From contig CAVYGB010000008.1 in NCBI GenBank assembly GCA_963767925.1, positions 3,072,001 to 3,136,000 of the forward strand: a stretch of 64,000 nt of DNA, written 5' to 3'. The first letter of the stretch is position 1, and each line of letters begins with the position of its first letter. The stretch comes from an uncultured delta proteobacterium (GTDB lineage Bacteria; Myxococcota_A; Polyangia; Fen-1088). This document shows, one piece after another, positions 54,240 through 64,000 of the stretch. Both the position numbers and the translations under genes were made by a program. The notes beneath the pieces were generated by a model. It worked only from the letters and a program-made list of their open reading frames with translations. It was not told where the DNA came from and searched no databases.

Positions 54240-54794
54240 ATGCCATTTCACGCACCAGGCCCGCACCTCTACAGCTCGATCAAGCTCGAGGCCGCCTCCG
54301 CCAAGCTGAGCAAACACGGGCGCAAGAGCCTGTACGAGGCGCTCAACCTCGTGGCCTACATCGACATGATGACGATGCTGGTCATCTTCCTGCTGATGTC
54401 GTTCTCGGCCAGCGGGGAGATCCTCTTCGTGCAGAAGAACATCACCCTGCCTGACGCTCAGAACTGGACCGACCTCGAGCGGGCGCCGGTGATCGCCCTC
54501 TCCCAGGAGGTGGTCACCCTCGACGGCAACCAGATCGCCACCATGGACCAGCTCATGCAGGACAACACCAGCGGGGACTTCAAGATCCCCGAGCTGTTCG
54601 ACATGCTGGTCACCTTCAAGAACAACTACAAGCTGCTCCACCCCACCGAGCCCTTCGGAGGCGTGGCCATCGTGCAGTCCGACCGGAACGTGGAGTTCAA
54701 GGCCCTGCGGAAAGTCATGTTCACCGCCCAGGTGGCGGGCTACAACAACGTCAACTTCGCGGTCGCCCCGAAGGCGAAGGGCGGCGGGGGCTAG
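54240..54794 (+). CDS. ExbD/TolR family protein (AglS-like)
   Basis: LNLVAYIDMMTMLVIFLLMSFSASGE, ITLPDA, KVMFTAQVAGY. Confidence 0.88.
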   Translation: MPFHAPGPHLYSSIKLEAASAKLSKHGRKSLYEALNLVAYIDMMTMLVIFLLMSFSASGEILFVQKNITLPDAQNWTDLERAPVIALSQEVVTLDGNQIATMDQLMQDNTSGDFKIPELFDMLVTFKNNYKLLHPTEPFGGVAIVQSDRNVEFKALRKVMFTAQVAGYNNVNFAVAPKAKGGGG

Positions 54795-54828
54795 TCCGCG
54801 CCGGTCCTCAGCAGCTTTCCTGACAACA

Positions 54829-54853
54829 AAGAGGCGGCGGCAGGCCGCCTCTT
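54829..54853. terminator. Hairpin after the motor operon
   Basis: AAGAGGCGGC-N5-GCCGCCTCTT. Confidence 0.55.
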
Positions 54854-54869
54854 CCGTTTGGAGGTCATC

Positions 54870-56530
54870 ATGCGCAGCCTTGGACGGACTTTCATCCTCG
54901 TCTCTGCCCTCCTGGCGAGCCTCCCGGGTTGCTCCGGGGATCCCAACGATCCCCGCACCTGGGCCAAGAAGCTCGGCAACCTGCGCGAGCAGAAGGAAGC
55001 GCTCGATCGCATCGCCCAGATGGACGTCGAGCGGTCCCGGGTCGTGGTCCCCGACCTGATCAAGCTGTACGAGGACACCCGCGCCGCCGAGCACCTCTCG
55101 GCCCTGGCCCGCTACCAGGACCCCCGGACCACGCCGGTGTTCATCGAGGCCCTCTCCTACAGCGACGAGGAGTTCGACAAGGCCATCATCGCCGCTGCGG
55201 TGCTGGGCGAGATGAAGGCGACCGCCGCCGTCGACAAGCTGATCGAGGCGGCCGAGAAGCAGCTCCCCATCAAGTCGCGGGCCAACGCCGCCAAGCTGGA
55301 GGCCATCCGGGCCCTGGTCAAGATCGGAGACCCCAAGGCGGTCCCCCCCTGATCACCATCTTGACCACCTCGGCCGACGAGCAGGACTTCCTGCTCAACC
55401 AGCGGGCCGCCCTCGGCCTGGCCGAGATGCGCGATCCCCGGGCCATCCCGGCCCTCATCAAGGGCCTGTTCATGACCGGCCGGGGCACCGACATCTTCCA
55501 GGAGTGCCGGCTGGGGCTGGTGCGCCTGGGTGAGGCGGCCGTCGGCCCGGTCATCCAGCTCCTGCAGGGGAAAAACGCCGAGGTCCGGGAGATGGCGGCG
55601 AAGTTCAACTTCGACAAGGTCACGCCCGGGGTGGTGCCCTACAAGGCCACCTACCTGCTGGGGGACCTGCGGGCGGTCAAGGCGGTGCCCCTGCTGGTCG
55701 AGCGCCTGGGCATCCCTGCTCGAGGCAGCGAGCACTCGGCCATCCTTATCTCGCTCGGGCAGATCGGCACCCCCGCCGCGGTCGACGCCCTGCTGGCGGT
55801 GCTCCAGAACGCCAAGGCCGAGCCCAGCCTGCGCGCCTCCGCGGCGGACGCTCTCTACATGACCGGCGACCCGCGGGCGGTGCCGGTGCTGCTGGAGGTC
55901 GCGCGCTCGGGATACGTCACGGTGGGGGGGCAAAAGGCCTCCGACCTGCGGGCCAACGCGGCCATCGACTTCGCCCGCCTGGCCGGGCCCGAGCAGTTCG
56001 CCCCCTTCAAGGCCCTGGTCGACAAGGAGACCGAGGTCCAGGGCGTGTTCGGCGAGGCCCTCGACCGGCTACAGGTGGCCAAGGAGTGCCGCTCCGACCT
56101 GGCCTGTTACGGCAAGACGCTCAACGATCCGGCCTGGCCCCGGGCCGAGCGGGCGGCCTTCGCCCTGGGCTTCTCCGGGGACAAGGCGGCCGTCCCGCTG
56201 CTGCTGGCCGGGCTGCGTCCGCTGGTGACCCTGCCGCAGGAGCGCTACCTGGTCCAGCAGGCGGTGCTGTTCAGCCTGGTCCGGGTGGCCGACAAGACCT
56301 GCAAGGACTGCGAGGAGAAGCTGGTCAAGCAGATCGAGCGCGACGAGAAGGCGGTCCGCCTCCCCGGCGCGCGCAGCCTGCTGGCCGAGACCCGGGTGGC
56401 CCTGGCCCAGATCCAGAACGCCGAGCCGGGCGCCCGCAAGGCCCCCGCCCTGGCCGACAGCAGCGAGCCCGCCGCCGCCAAGGGCCCCCGGGGCAAACCC
56501 GCCGGAAAAAACGCCAAGCGCCGCCGCTAG
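54870..56530 (+). CDS. HEAT-repeat lipoprotein; frameshift in a C run near 55349
   Basis: Lipobox LPGC; repeats AAAVLGEM, ALVKIGDPKAVP, GLAEMRDPRAIPAL, ALGFSGDKAAVPLL. Confidence 0.8.
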
Positions 56531-56545
56531 CAGACCAGCGGTCCG

Positions 56546-57004
56546 CTACTCGCGGGTGTGCTCGACGACGATGGTCGTGTGGATCCCGCCGCGGACATTG
56601 AAGTCGCCCTCGACGCGGAGGCGGCGGGGAGCGATGGCTGCCACCAGGTCCTCGAGGATGCGGTTGGTGACCGCCTCGTGGAAGGTGCCCTCGTTCCGGT
56701 ACGACCAGAGGTAAAGCTTCCAGGACTTCAGCTCCACGCAGAGCTGGTCGGGCACGTATTCGATCCGGATGGTGGCGAAGTCGGGCTGCCCAGTCTTGGG
56801 GCACAGGCAGGTGAACTCCGGGCACTCGAAGCGGATGGTGTAGTCCCGCCCCGGGTTGGGGTTGGGGAACGTCTCGAGCGTGCGCGACGGTGAAGCAGAT
56901 GCAGCGCCGGACGTAGCGCCGGACGTAGCGCCGGACGTGGCACCTGACGGGGCGCCAGACGCAGCGACAGGTGCAGTTACATATGATTGACTGGCGGTCG
57001 ACAC
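56546..57004 (-). CDS. queF: preQ1 synthase (7-cyano-7-deazaguanine reductase); start uncertain
   Basis: [37 protein letters not shown]. Confidence 0.92.
   Translation of the reverse strand: MSTASQSYVTAPVAASGAPSGATSGATSGATSGAASASPSRTLETFPNPNPGRDYTIRFECPEFTCLCPKTGQPDFATIRIEYVPDQLCVELKSWKLYLWSYRNEGTFHEAVTNRILEDLVAAIAPRRLRVEGDFNVRGGIHTTIVVEHTRE
56904..56963 (-). repeat. 12 bp tandem repeat encoding SGAT units in the QueF N-terminal extension
   Basis: GCGCCGGACGT(A/G) x3 plus two degenerate copies. Confidence 0.85.
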
Positions 57005-57071
57005 GGGGCCGGCAACATTGACACGTCTTCGCACCGCACGCTAACTTGCACGGGCTCGCAGCACGATCAAC

Positions 57072-57758
57072 ATGCGCGGCTCCCACCTTCTGGTCTGTGC
57101 GGTCATAGTCGGCGTCGGGCTCGGGATCGCCCGGGAGACCGCGGCGGCGCCGGTGCGCGGTACCCTCCAGCTCCCGGCCGAGCTGAAGTCGGGCCGCCGG
57201 CTGCGGGGCTACTGGCGGCTGGAGAACGGGATCGTCCCGGTCGCGCCCGCGGCCAACCGGAGCGAGACGGTCGTGGTGCTGTCCGGCGTCAAGGGCCCGC
57301 CGCCGCCGGCCCGCACGGTCACCGTCGACATCACCGGCTTTCAGCCCGTCCCCTGGACGGTGGTTGTCGGCGAGGGTTCGGTGGTCGAGTTCAAGAACTC
57401 GGACCGCGTCCCGCACGACCTGTCGTTGCCCGACCTACCTTCGCTCATGTCCATCGAGCGGCTGGCCCCGGGAGCCTTGCGGCGGCAGAGATTCCTCACC
57501 GCGGGGGGCTACGCCGTGCGCGACTCGGAGCACCCCCACCTCGTGATCTCCGTGCTGGTGGTGGGCTCGCCGTATTACGATCTCGCCGATGAACGGGGGG
57601 GCTTCCGGATCGCCGACGCCCCCGAGGGCAAGGCCACCTTGAAGGTGTGGAGCGGGGGCAAGTGGGTGCACGAGCAGGCGATAGAGGTGGGACCGCGATC
57701 GGACGGCCTGCAGATCCGGATCGCGGACGGCGCAGGCAAGCCGGCCGCGGCTGACTGA
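57072..57758 (+). CDS. Secreted cupredoxin-like / carboxypeptidase-regulatory-like protein
   Basis: Signal peptide; FQP...GSVVEFKNSDRVPHD, HPHL, GGFRI...PEG. Confidence 0.65.
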   Translation: MRGSHLLVCAVIVGVGLGIARETAAAPVRGTLQLPAELKSGRRLRGYWRLENGIVPVAPAANRSETVVVLSGVKGPPPPARTVTVDITGFQPVPWTVVVGEGSVVEFKNSDRVPHDLSLPDLPSLMSIERLAPGALRRQRFLTAGGYAVRDSEHPHLVISVLVVGSPYYDLADERGGFRIADAPEGKATLKVWSGGKWVHEQAIEVGPRSDGLQIRIADGAGKPAAAD

Positions 57759-57781
57759 GCCAGGGAGAAAGAACCGGCGCC

Positions 57782-59782
57782 ATGTTCCTCTCGAAGATCT
57801 GGTTCGTGCTCGTCGGGCTGGGGGCAGGCGCCGCCGCCACCGCCGCGTTCGTGGCGCCCCGGGCGGCCGATCGCGAGATCGTGAACCTGCAGGGCGAGCG
57901 GCTCGACCGGGCCCAATACGCCGCCGAGCAGATGCTGAAGGCGGACGCCCATAGCTGGATCGACTACGTCGCCAAGCTGAGCCGGGACGCCAACCTGGCC
58001 GACTCGCTCGACGCCGCCAGCCGGGGGGCGGGCGAGGCCCGGGTTGTCAGCGACACCGCCCGGGCGCGCCTCAAGGCCCTGGTGCCGAACCTGGGCGGCA
58101 TCGGCCTGGAGTCGGTCGGCGCGGTCGACGCCCGGGGCCGGCTCATCGCCCGCCTCGGGGAGCGGGAGGGCGAGAGCGGCGAATCGCTGGCCGGCATCGA
58201 GGTCATCTCCGACGCCCTCCGCGGTTACCTGTCGGACGACGTCTGGGGGGCGGGGGGCAAGCTGCAGCGGGTGGCGGCGGTCCCGGTGCTGTCGCGGGCC
58301 CGCGACAGGATCGTCGGCGCGCTCTGGGTGGGGGCGGAGACCGGCAAGCGCCTGGCCGAGGTCTGGAAGCAGAACCTGGGGCTCGACATCGCCATCCTGC
58401 TGCGCGGGAAGGTGGCCACCTCGACCGTGCCCGAGGCGCTCATCAGCGGGCTGCCCGCCAAGATCGAGGAGCGCAAGCAGGAGATCACCGACTCGCGCCG
58501 CACCCGCCCGATCAGCTTCAACGTCGGTTCGGATCGGCTGCTGGCGGTGGCGGCCCCGTTCATCGGCCAGGCCGGCGAGCAGGGTGGCCTCTTCGCCCTC
58601 ATCGGCAAGGTCTCGCCCGCCTCCAGCCCGTTCGCCCTGATGGACACCACCACCGCCGAGGACCTGAGCTGGGGCAACTTCCCCTGGCTGGGGCTGGCCT
58701 TCTCGCTGGTCGTCATCCTGGGGGTGGGGCTGGCCCTGCAGCGGCTGGAGACCGAGCGCCCCTTGCAGCGGCTGCGCGACGAGGTGCAGCGGCTGGCCCG
58801 CGGGGAGCTGCAGAAGCTCGACGACACCGTCCACCCAGGCAAGTTCGGGGGCATCGCCCGCGACGTCAACGCGGCCATGGAGCGGTTCACCCTCGCCTCG
58901 CCACACCGCACGGACACCGCCCGCAAGGACCTGGGGGCCATCCTGGGCCCGGCGCCCACCGCGCCGCCCTCCCGGACGGCCGGCGTGTCGGCCAGCGTGT
59001 TCGACCTGCCCCAGTCTCACTTCGACACGCTGGCGCCCCCCTCGGCCGCCTTCGGCGGCATGTCCCGTCCTGCCACGCCCTCGCCCATGTTCCTGACGCC
59101 GCCCGCGCCGGAGGCGGCCGCTCCCCTGGGCGAGCTGCCCCCCTCGCGCGAGGTGAGCCCCCCCCGCGGTTACGGCGGCCCCCCCACCCTGACCGGGGCG
59201 GCCAACCTGGGCGCCATGCCGGAGCGCCGCCTGAGCTCACCGCCGATGCAGCCGCCGCCTCCCGCCCCACCCGGGCCCGCCCCGAGCCGGCCGCCCCTGC
59301 CTCCCCTCCCCCCGTCTTTCGGGCCATCGCTGACGGCGGCGTCCTCCGAGGACAACGTGCCGACCGGCATCGTCGCCAACCCCTTCGCCGCCGGCAGCCC
59401 GGCCTACGGCGAGCAGGTCACGGCGGTGGGCGCCGCGGCCCTCGAGGCCCGCAACGCCATGACCGCGATCGCGAGCCCCGCCGCGCCCCTGTCCGAGGAG
59501 GACGCGGGCGAGGAGGAGCCCTCCTCCCCCGGCAGCAACGGCAACGACGAGCCCCTCGACGACCGGGCCTACACCGCCCACATCCGCGAGGTGTTCGAGG
59601 CCTACGTGGCCACCCGCCGGCGCTGCGGCGAGACCGTCGCCACCTTGACCCTCGACAAGTTCCAGGCCCGGCTCGACACGAACCGGCAGCAGCTCGTCGC
59701 CAAATACGGCTGCCGGAGCGCGCGCTTCTCGGTCTACGTCAAGGACGGCAAGGCGGCGGTCAAGGCGACACCGCTCCGGTAG
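57782..59782 (+). CDS. MXAN_5187-family membrane protein (periplasmic sensor-like region, HAMP-like segment, Pro-rich linker)
   Basis: MFLSKIWF start, two TM helices, C-terminal VFEAYVATRRRCGE...FSVYVKDGKAAVKATP. Confidence 0.8.
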   Translation: MFLSKIWFVLVGLGAGAAATAAFVAPRAADREIVNLQGERLDRAQYAAEQMLKADAHSWIDYVAKLSRDANLADSLDAASRGAGEARVVSDTARARLKALVPNLGGIGLESVGAVDARGRLIARLGEREGESGESLAGIEVISDALRGYLSDDVWGAGGKLQRVAAVPVLSRARDRIVGALWVGAETGKRLAEVWKQNLGLDIAILLRGKVATSTVPEALISGLPAKIEERKQEITDSRRTRPISFNVGSDRLLAVAAPFIGQAGEQGGLFALIGKVSPASSPFALMDTTTAEDLSWGNFPWLGLAFSLVVILGVGLALQRLETERPLQRLRDEVQRLARGELQKLDDTVHPGKFGGIARDVNAAMERFTLASPHRTDTARKDLGAILGPAPTAPPSRTAGVSASVFDLPQSHFDTLAPPSAAFGGMSRPATPSPMFLTPPAPEAAAPLGELPPSREVSPPRGYGGPPTLTGAANLGAMPERRLSSPPMQPPPPAPPGPAPSRPPLPPLPPSFGPSLTAASSEDNVPTGIVANPFAAGSPAYGEQVTAVGAAALEARNAMTAIASPAAPLSEEDAGEEEPSSPGSNGNDEPLDDRAYTAHIREVFEAYVATRRRCGETVATLTLDKFQARLDTNRQQLVAKYGCRSARFSVYVKDGKAAVKATPLR

Positions 59783-62378
59783 GCGGGGCGGGCGCCGGCG
59801 TCTCCGACCCCGCGCCGAAGAGGAGCTGGTCCGCCCGCGAGGCCTCCTCGCGGGTCACGGTCGTCTCCCTCGGCGCGGTGCCGGTCACGAAGACCTCCTC
59901 GATCCCCTCCGCCCCCGGCGGTGGGAGCAGCCCGGTGGCCGGATCGATCCGCACCACCTCGATCCCGGGCGGGGCGGGGAAGTCCTTCACCGGACGATCG
60001 GCGAGGGCCTTGGCCATGAACTCGGTCCAGATCGGGACCGCCGTGCGCCCGCCCGCCTCGCGCTCGCCCAGGGTGCGGCCGTCGTCGAAGCCGAGCCACA
60101 CCGCCACCAGCAGGTCGGGGGAGAAGCCGACGAACCAGGCGTCGCGCCCGTCGCTCGAGGTGCCGGTCTTGCCGGCCAGCGGCCGGCGCAAGCGGGCCCC
60201 CGCTGCCCGGGCGGTGCCCTCCTCCACCACGCTGCGCATGAGCGACACCGTCAGGTAGGCGATCTCGGGGGGCATCGCCGCCACCGGCTGGTCGGTGCGG
60301 GGCAGCTCCTGGCCGTCGATGGCGACGACAAGGCGGGAGCTGAGCCGCTGTCCCCCGTCGACGAAGGTGGCGAAGGCGCCGGCCAGCTCGAAGGGGGTCA
60401 CGCTGTTGGTGCCGAGGGCCAGCGACAGGCCGACGTCGGGCGGCAGGGGGGTGACGATGCCGCTGCGGGTGGCGAGCTGGACCACCGCGGGCACCCCTAC
60501 CTCGTTGAGCAGGCGAATGGCCACCGTGTTGATCGAGTTGGCCAGGGCGGCGCGCAGGCTGACCGGACCGCGGAACTGCTCGCGCTCGTAGTTCTGCGGC
60601 TTCCACAGGTCGTAGACCTCGGGCGCGTCGTTGACGATGGAGGCGGCCGTCCGGCCCTGGGCCAGCGCGGCCGCGTAGACGAACGGCTTGAAGGCCGACC
60701 CGGGCTGGCGGGCCGCCCGCTGCGCGCGGTCGTACCCCCCGGCGCGGTAGCCGTAGCCGCCCACCAGGGCCAGCACCTCGTGGGCCTTCGGATCGAGCAC
60801 CACCATGGCGGCCTGCGGTCCCAGCTCCAGGGCCAGGGGCTGCAGGCCCTTCTGCACCTCGCCGGGGCGGCGCCGATCGCCGGCCAGCCGCACGCGCACG
60901 AGGTCGCCCGGCTTGAAGCGCTCGACCAGCCAGGGCTTGGGGCCCCGCGTGTAGCGGGGCTCGCCCGCCAGGTCGACGAGGCCCTGCCGGCCGCCGATGT
61001 CGACGATGAGGCGGCCGCTCTGCCCGGGGCTCGCGCCGGGGCGGGGCGCCTCCCGCTCGACCCGATCGACGACCCCCTGGAAGATGTCGTAGTCCCCCAG
61101 CGGGCGCAGGCCGTGGCGCAGGGGGCGCTTGTTGCGAGCGGCCGCCACCTTGGCGGCGTCGCCGCCCTGGCCCAGCTCGCGGGCCAGGGCCAGCTCGTAG
61201 CGGTACTGCTCGAGCTTGGCGCCGTCGAGGTGGCCCGCCGGGCCCCGGAAGCCCTGCCGCTGGTCGACCCCCTCGAGCCCCCGCTCGAGGCTCTCGCGGG
61301 CCAGCTTCTGCAGGGGGAGATCGATCGTCGTCTTCACGGTGGCGCCCAGGGTGGGCAGCACCTCGGGGCTGTATTTCTCGGCCAGCACCCGCTGCACGCT
61401 GCCGAGGGCCTCGGGGGCCTGGCCGGTCTCGCTGCGCGAGGGGGGCAACACCTGGATGGGCTGCCTGGCCACCGCATCGGCCGCGGCCTTGTCGATGTAG
61501 CCATGGTCCACCATCTGCCGGAGGACGTAGAGCTGGCGGTTCTTGGCCGACTGGGGGTTCTTGTAGGGCGAGTGGCTCTCGGGGCGCTGGGGCACGCCGG
61601 CCAGGAAGGCCCCCTCGGCCAGGGTGATGTCGCTGACCGACTTGCCGAAGTAGTGCTGCGAGGCCTCCTCGCAGCCGTAGTGGCCGCCTCCGTAGTTGAT
61701 GTGGTTGAGGTAGATCATCAAGATCTCGTCCTTGGAGAGCTGGCGCGACAGCCGGCGGGCCAGGATCAGCTCCTGGATCTTCCGGCGCACGGTCTTCTCC
61801 GGCGAGAGCACCAGCGGCTTGATGACCTGCTGGGTGATCGTGGATCCGCCCTGACCCCAGCGACCCGGCCCGAACCGGCCGCTCATGAGGTTGGTGACCT
61901 GCGAGCGCAGCACCGCCCAGTAGTCGATCCCCTCGTGCTGGTAAAACGAGGGGTCCTCGGCCGCGATAACGGCGTCCTTGAAGTGCTTCGGGATGACCGA
62001 AAGCGGCACGACCCGCCGCCGCTCCGGGCTGCCCACCGACCCGATGAGCGCGCCGTTGCGGTCGAGCACCCGCGTCATCTGGGGCGGGCGGTAGTCGCTG
62101 ATCTTCTTCAGGTTGGGCAGCTTGGGGTCGCTGCCGTAATAGAGAAACAGCCCGCTGGCGACGACCAGCCCGGCCGCGCCGGCCACCAGGAACCCGATGG
62201 CGGTCAGCTTGAGCCCGCGCAGGAAACGCTGGCGGCGATCGCCGCCGCCGCCCCGGCGTCGGTTGACACCCCGGCGCCCCCGCTTCGGCCGGGGGTCCTC
62301 GTCCTCCATGTCGATCCCGATAATGTGGTCGTTCTCCTTCAGCCCCCCGCCGCCGTCCCCACTGCCCGAGCTGGCCAT
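59760..62378 (-). CDS. Penicillin-binding protein 1A
   Basis: AAEDPSF, QGGSTITQQ, RKIQE, PGSAFKPF (SxxK), SIN, GKTGT. Confidence 0.93.
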   Translation of the reverse strand: MASSGSGDGGGGLKENDHIIGIDMEDEDPRPKRGRRGVNRRRGGGGDRRQRFLRGLKLTAIGFLVAGAAGLVVASGLFLYYGSDPKLPNLKKISDYRPPQMTRVLDRNGALIGSVGSPERRRVVPLSVIPKHFKDAVIAAEDPSFYQHEGIDYWAVLRSQVTNLMSGRFGPGRWGQGGSTITQQVIKPLVLSPEKTVRRKIQELILARRLSRQLSKDEILMIYLNHINYGGGHYGCEEASQHYFGKSVSDITLAEGAFLAGVPQRPESHSPYKNPQSAKNRQLYVLRQMVDHGYIDKAAADAVARQPIQVLPPSRSETGQAPEALGSVQRVLAEKYSPEVLPTLGATVKTTIDLPLQKLARESLERGLEGVDQRQGFRGPAGHLDGAKLEQYRYELALARELGQGGDAAKVAAARNKRPLRHGLRPLGDYDIFQGVVDRVEREAPRPGASPGQSGRLIVDIGGRQGLVDLAGEPRYTRGPKPWLVERFKPGDLVRVRLAGDRRRPGEVQKGLQPLALELGPQAAMVVLDPKAHEVLALVGGYGYRAGGYDRAQRAARQPGSAFKPFVYAAALAQGRTAASIVNDAPEVYDLWKPQNYEREQFRGPVSLRAALANSINTVAIRLLNEVGVPAVVQLATRSGIVTPLPPDVGLSLALGTNSVTPFELAGAFATFVDGGQRLSSRLVVAIDGQELPRTDQPVAAMPPEIAYLTVSLMRSVVEEGTARAAGARLRRPLAGKTGTSSDGRDAWFVGFSPDLLVAVWLGFDDGRTLGEREAGGRTAVPIWTEFMAKALADRPVKDFPAPPGIEVVRIDPATGLLPPPGAEGIEEVFVTGTAPRETTVTREEASRADQLLFGAGSETPAPAPPTGAVSP

Positions 62379-62505
62379 CCAGGCAGTCTAACCGGGTCGG
62401 CACGGCCCGCGCCAATGCCCCCCGCCCGCCCGCGGGACCTCGAACACACCTTGCCCGACAAGCCCGAGCTGCGGCCAGCCGCCACATGCCGCATACTGGG
62501 GAATC

Positions 62506-63162
62506 ATGCGATATGACGCAGGCAAGTTGCGGGTTCCGACCGAGGCGGAGGCCCTGCCCGGTCGCAGCGAGCCGCTGCCCACGCCGGACAGCCACTACGT
62601 CTCGGACGCCCGGATCAAGCCCCCCTTCCCCGAGGGCACGCGCACGGCGATCTTCGGGCTGGGCTGCTTCTGGGGCGCGGAGCGGAAGTTCTGGCAGACC
62701 CCCGGCGTCTACAGCACGGCGGTCGGGTACGCCGGCGGGCACACGCCCAACCCGACCTACCGCGAGGTGTGCAGCGGCCTGACCGGCCACACCGAGGTGG
62801 TGCTGGTTGTGTACGACCCGAGCCAGATCTCCTACCCCCAGCTCCTGCGGGTGTTCTGGGAGAACCACGACCCCACCCAGGGGCTGCGCCAGGGCAACGA
62901 CGTCGGCAGCCAGTACCGCTCGGCGATCTACACCACCGACGACGAGCAGCTCGCCGCCGCCGAGGAGTCGCGCGACGCCTACGAGAAGGCGCTGGCCAAG
63001 GCGGGCTACGGCGCCATCAGCACCGAGCTCCGGCGGGCGCCCGAGTTTTATTACGCCGAGGACTACCACCAGCAGTACCTGGCGAAGAACCCCGACGGCT
63101 ACTGCGGCATCGGCGGCACCGGAGTGGCCTGCGCGGTGGGACCCGCCGTGGCCCGCGGCTGA
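62506..63162 (+). CDS. msrA: Peptide-methionine (S)-S-oxide reductase
   Basis: [25 protein letters not shown]. Confidence 0.96.
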   Translation: MRYDAGKLRVPTEAEALPGRSEPLPTPDSHYVSDARIKPPFPEGTRTAIFGLGCFWGAERKFWQTPGVYSTAVGYAGGHTPNPTYREVCSGLTGHTEVVLVVYDPSQISYPQLLRVFWENHDPTQGLRQGNDVGSQYRSAIYTTDDEQLAAAEESRDAYEKALAKAGYGAISTELRRAPEFYYAEDYHQQYLAKNPDGYCGIGGTGVACAVGPAVARG

Positions 63163-63183
63163 GCGGCCCCGGCACCCCTCGAC

Positions 63184-64000
63184 TCAGGCGACGACCAGAC
63201 CGGCGGCGGCCAGCGGCGTGCGCCCGGCGGAACCGGCGCTGCCGTCGAGCACGGCGGCGCCCAGCCCGGCCGGAGGCGGGGCGGCCAGCTTGGCGAAGAA
63301 GTTGGGGAAGGTCTTGGCGACGCAGGCCGGGTCCTCGATCCCGATCCCGGGCACCACCAGCCCCAGGGTGGCGAAACACATCGCCAGCCGGTGGTCGCCA
63401 TAGGTCGCGATGCGGGCGCCGTGCAGGGGACCGGGCTGCACAGTGAGGGTGTCGCCCTGCTCGTCGACCACCGCCCCGCAGCGGGTGAGCTCGGTGCGCA
63501 GGGCGACAACCCGCTCGCACTCCTGCACCCGCAGGCGGCCGAGATCGGTGAAGGTTGTCGGGCGGGCGGCGAAGGGGGCCAGGACGATGGCGGTCATGAT
63601 GCTGTCGCCGAGGTCGCGCTCGCGCGACAGCGTGGGGGGCAGGGGCAGGTGCTCGGGGAAGGCGGCGTCGATCTGCCAGCCCGAGCGGGGCCAGCCCGCG
63701 ACCACCACCCGGCTGCCCCGGGTCGGCCCCTGGCCGGCGAGCAGGAAGCCAGCCGCCTGGAAGTAGCTTCCGCTCGAGGCGTCGGGCTCGATGGCAAAGA
63801 CCCCGCCGGTTGTCGGGAAGGCCCGCGCCAGGGCGGCGGTCATCTCGACGTAGGGGAGCTCGTCGGGGTTGGCTCCCTCGATGTCGACCTGCCAGCCGCC
63901 GAGCTGCCCGGCCAGCAGCAGGGCCGAGGCGTGTTGCGAGCTCTCGGCCACGCTGACCCGGGTCCGACCCGGGCGGGGCCCGCGGCCGTGCACCACGGCG
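63184..64000 (-). CDS. aroA: 3-phosphoshikimate 1-carboxyvinyltransferase, 5' end outside the window
   Basis: [37 protein letters not shown]. Confidence 0.88.
   Translation of the reverse strand, partial: AVVHGRGPRPGRTRVSVAESSQHASALLLAGQLGGWQVDIEGANPDELPYVEMTAALARAFPTTGGVFAIEPDASSGSYFQAAGFLLAGQGPTRGSRVVVAGWPRSGWQIDAAFPEHLPLPPTLSRERDLGDSIMTAIVLAPFAARPTTFTDLGRLRVQECERVVALRTELTRCGAVVDEQGDTLTVQPGPLHGARIATYGDHRLAMCFATLGLVVPGIGIEDPACVAKTFPNFFAKLAAPPPAGLGAAVLDGSAGSAGRTPLAAAGLVVA

Noticed and set aside
56985..57070. preQ1 riboswitch upstream of queF
   Set aside because: No class I stem with A-rich tail visible

Overview
GC-rich 64 kb window with the gene content of a myxobacterium (Myxococcota): AglRQS-type motor, MXAN_5187-family protein, MYXO-CTERM and DUF1592/DUF1552 fragments, Oar-like TonB-dependent receptor. 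Taxonomy is inferred from gene families only. Bases 1-13.7 kb, downstream of tRNA-Arg(ACG), form a decaying accessory region: a mosaic of fused gene fragments, an SMP-30-like protein, a broken ECF sigma-DsbA fusion, nhaA, an ABC1 kinase, a glycosyltransferase, an IS3 remnant and a Fic pseudogene. The Fic gene is split by a 1606 bp IS5-family element (22 bp terminal inverted repeats, TTA duplication). This element carries a four-helix-bundle (Avd/IVP-like) gene followed by a hairpin of about 180 nt, which is the most unusual structure in the window. The rest is mostly core genome: TonB receptor, PilZ, thrB, an isolated fliA-like sigma/sctI/sctJ triplet, pspA, holB-ricT-metG, icd, mdh-sucCD-ndk, rlmN, bamA-lolD, a GbsR-family regulator before a futalosine menaquinone operon (with a cysteine-motif-less radical-SAM paralog and an MqnA-MqnC fusion), tRNA-Arg(TCG)/tRNA-Lys(CTT), an ECF-Ser/Thr kinase pair, MacAB, a motor operon with a duplicated MotA/TolQ/ExbB gene, queF, PBP1A, msrA and partial aroA. 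Several housekeeping genes carry single-base frameshifts that are probably assembly errors. All family assignments come from recognising motifs by eye; no searches were run.
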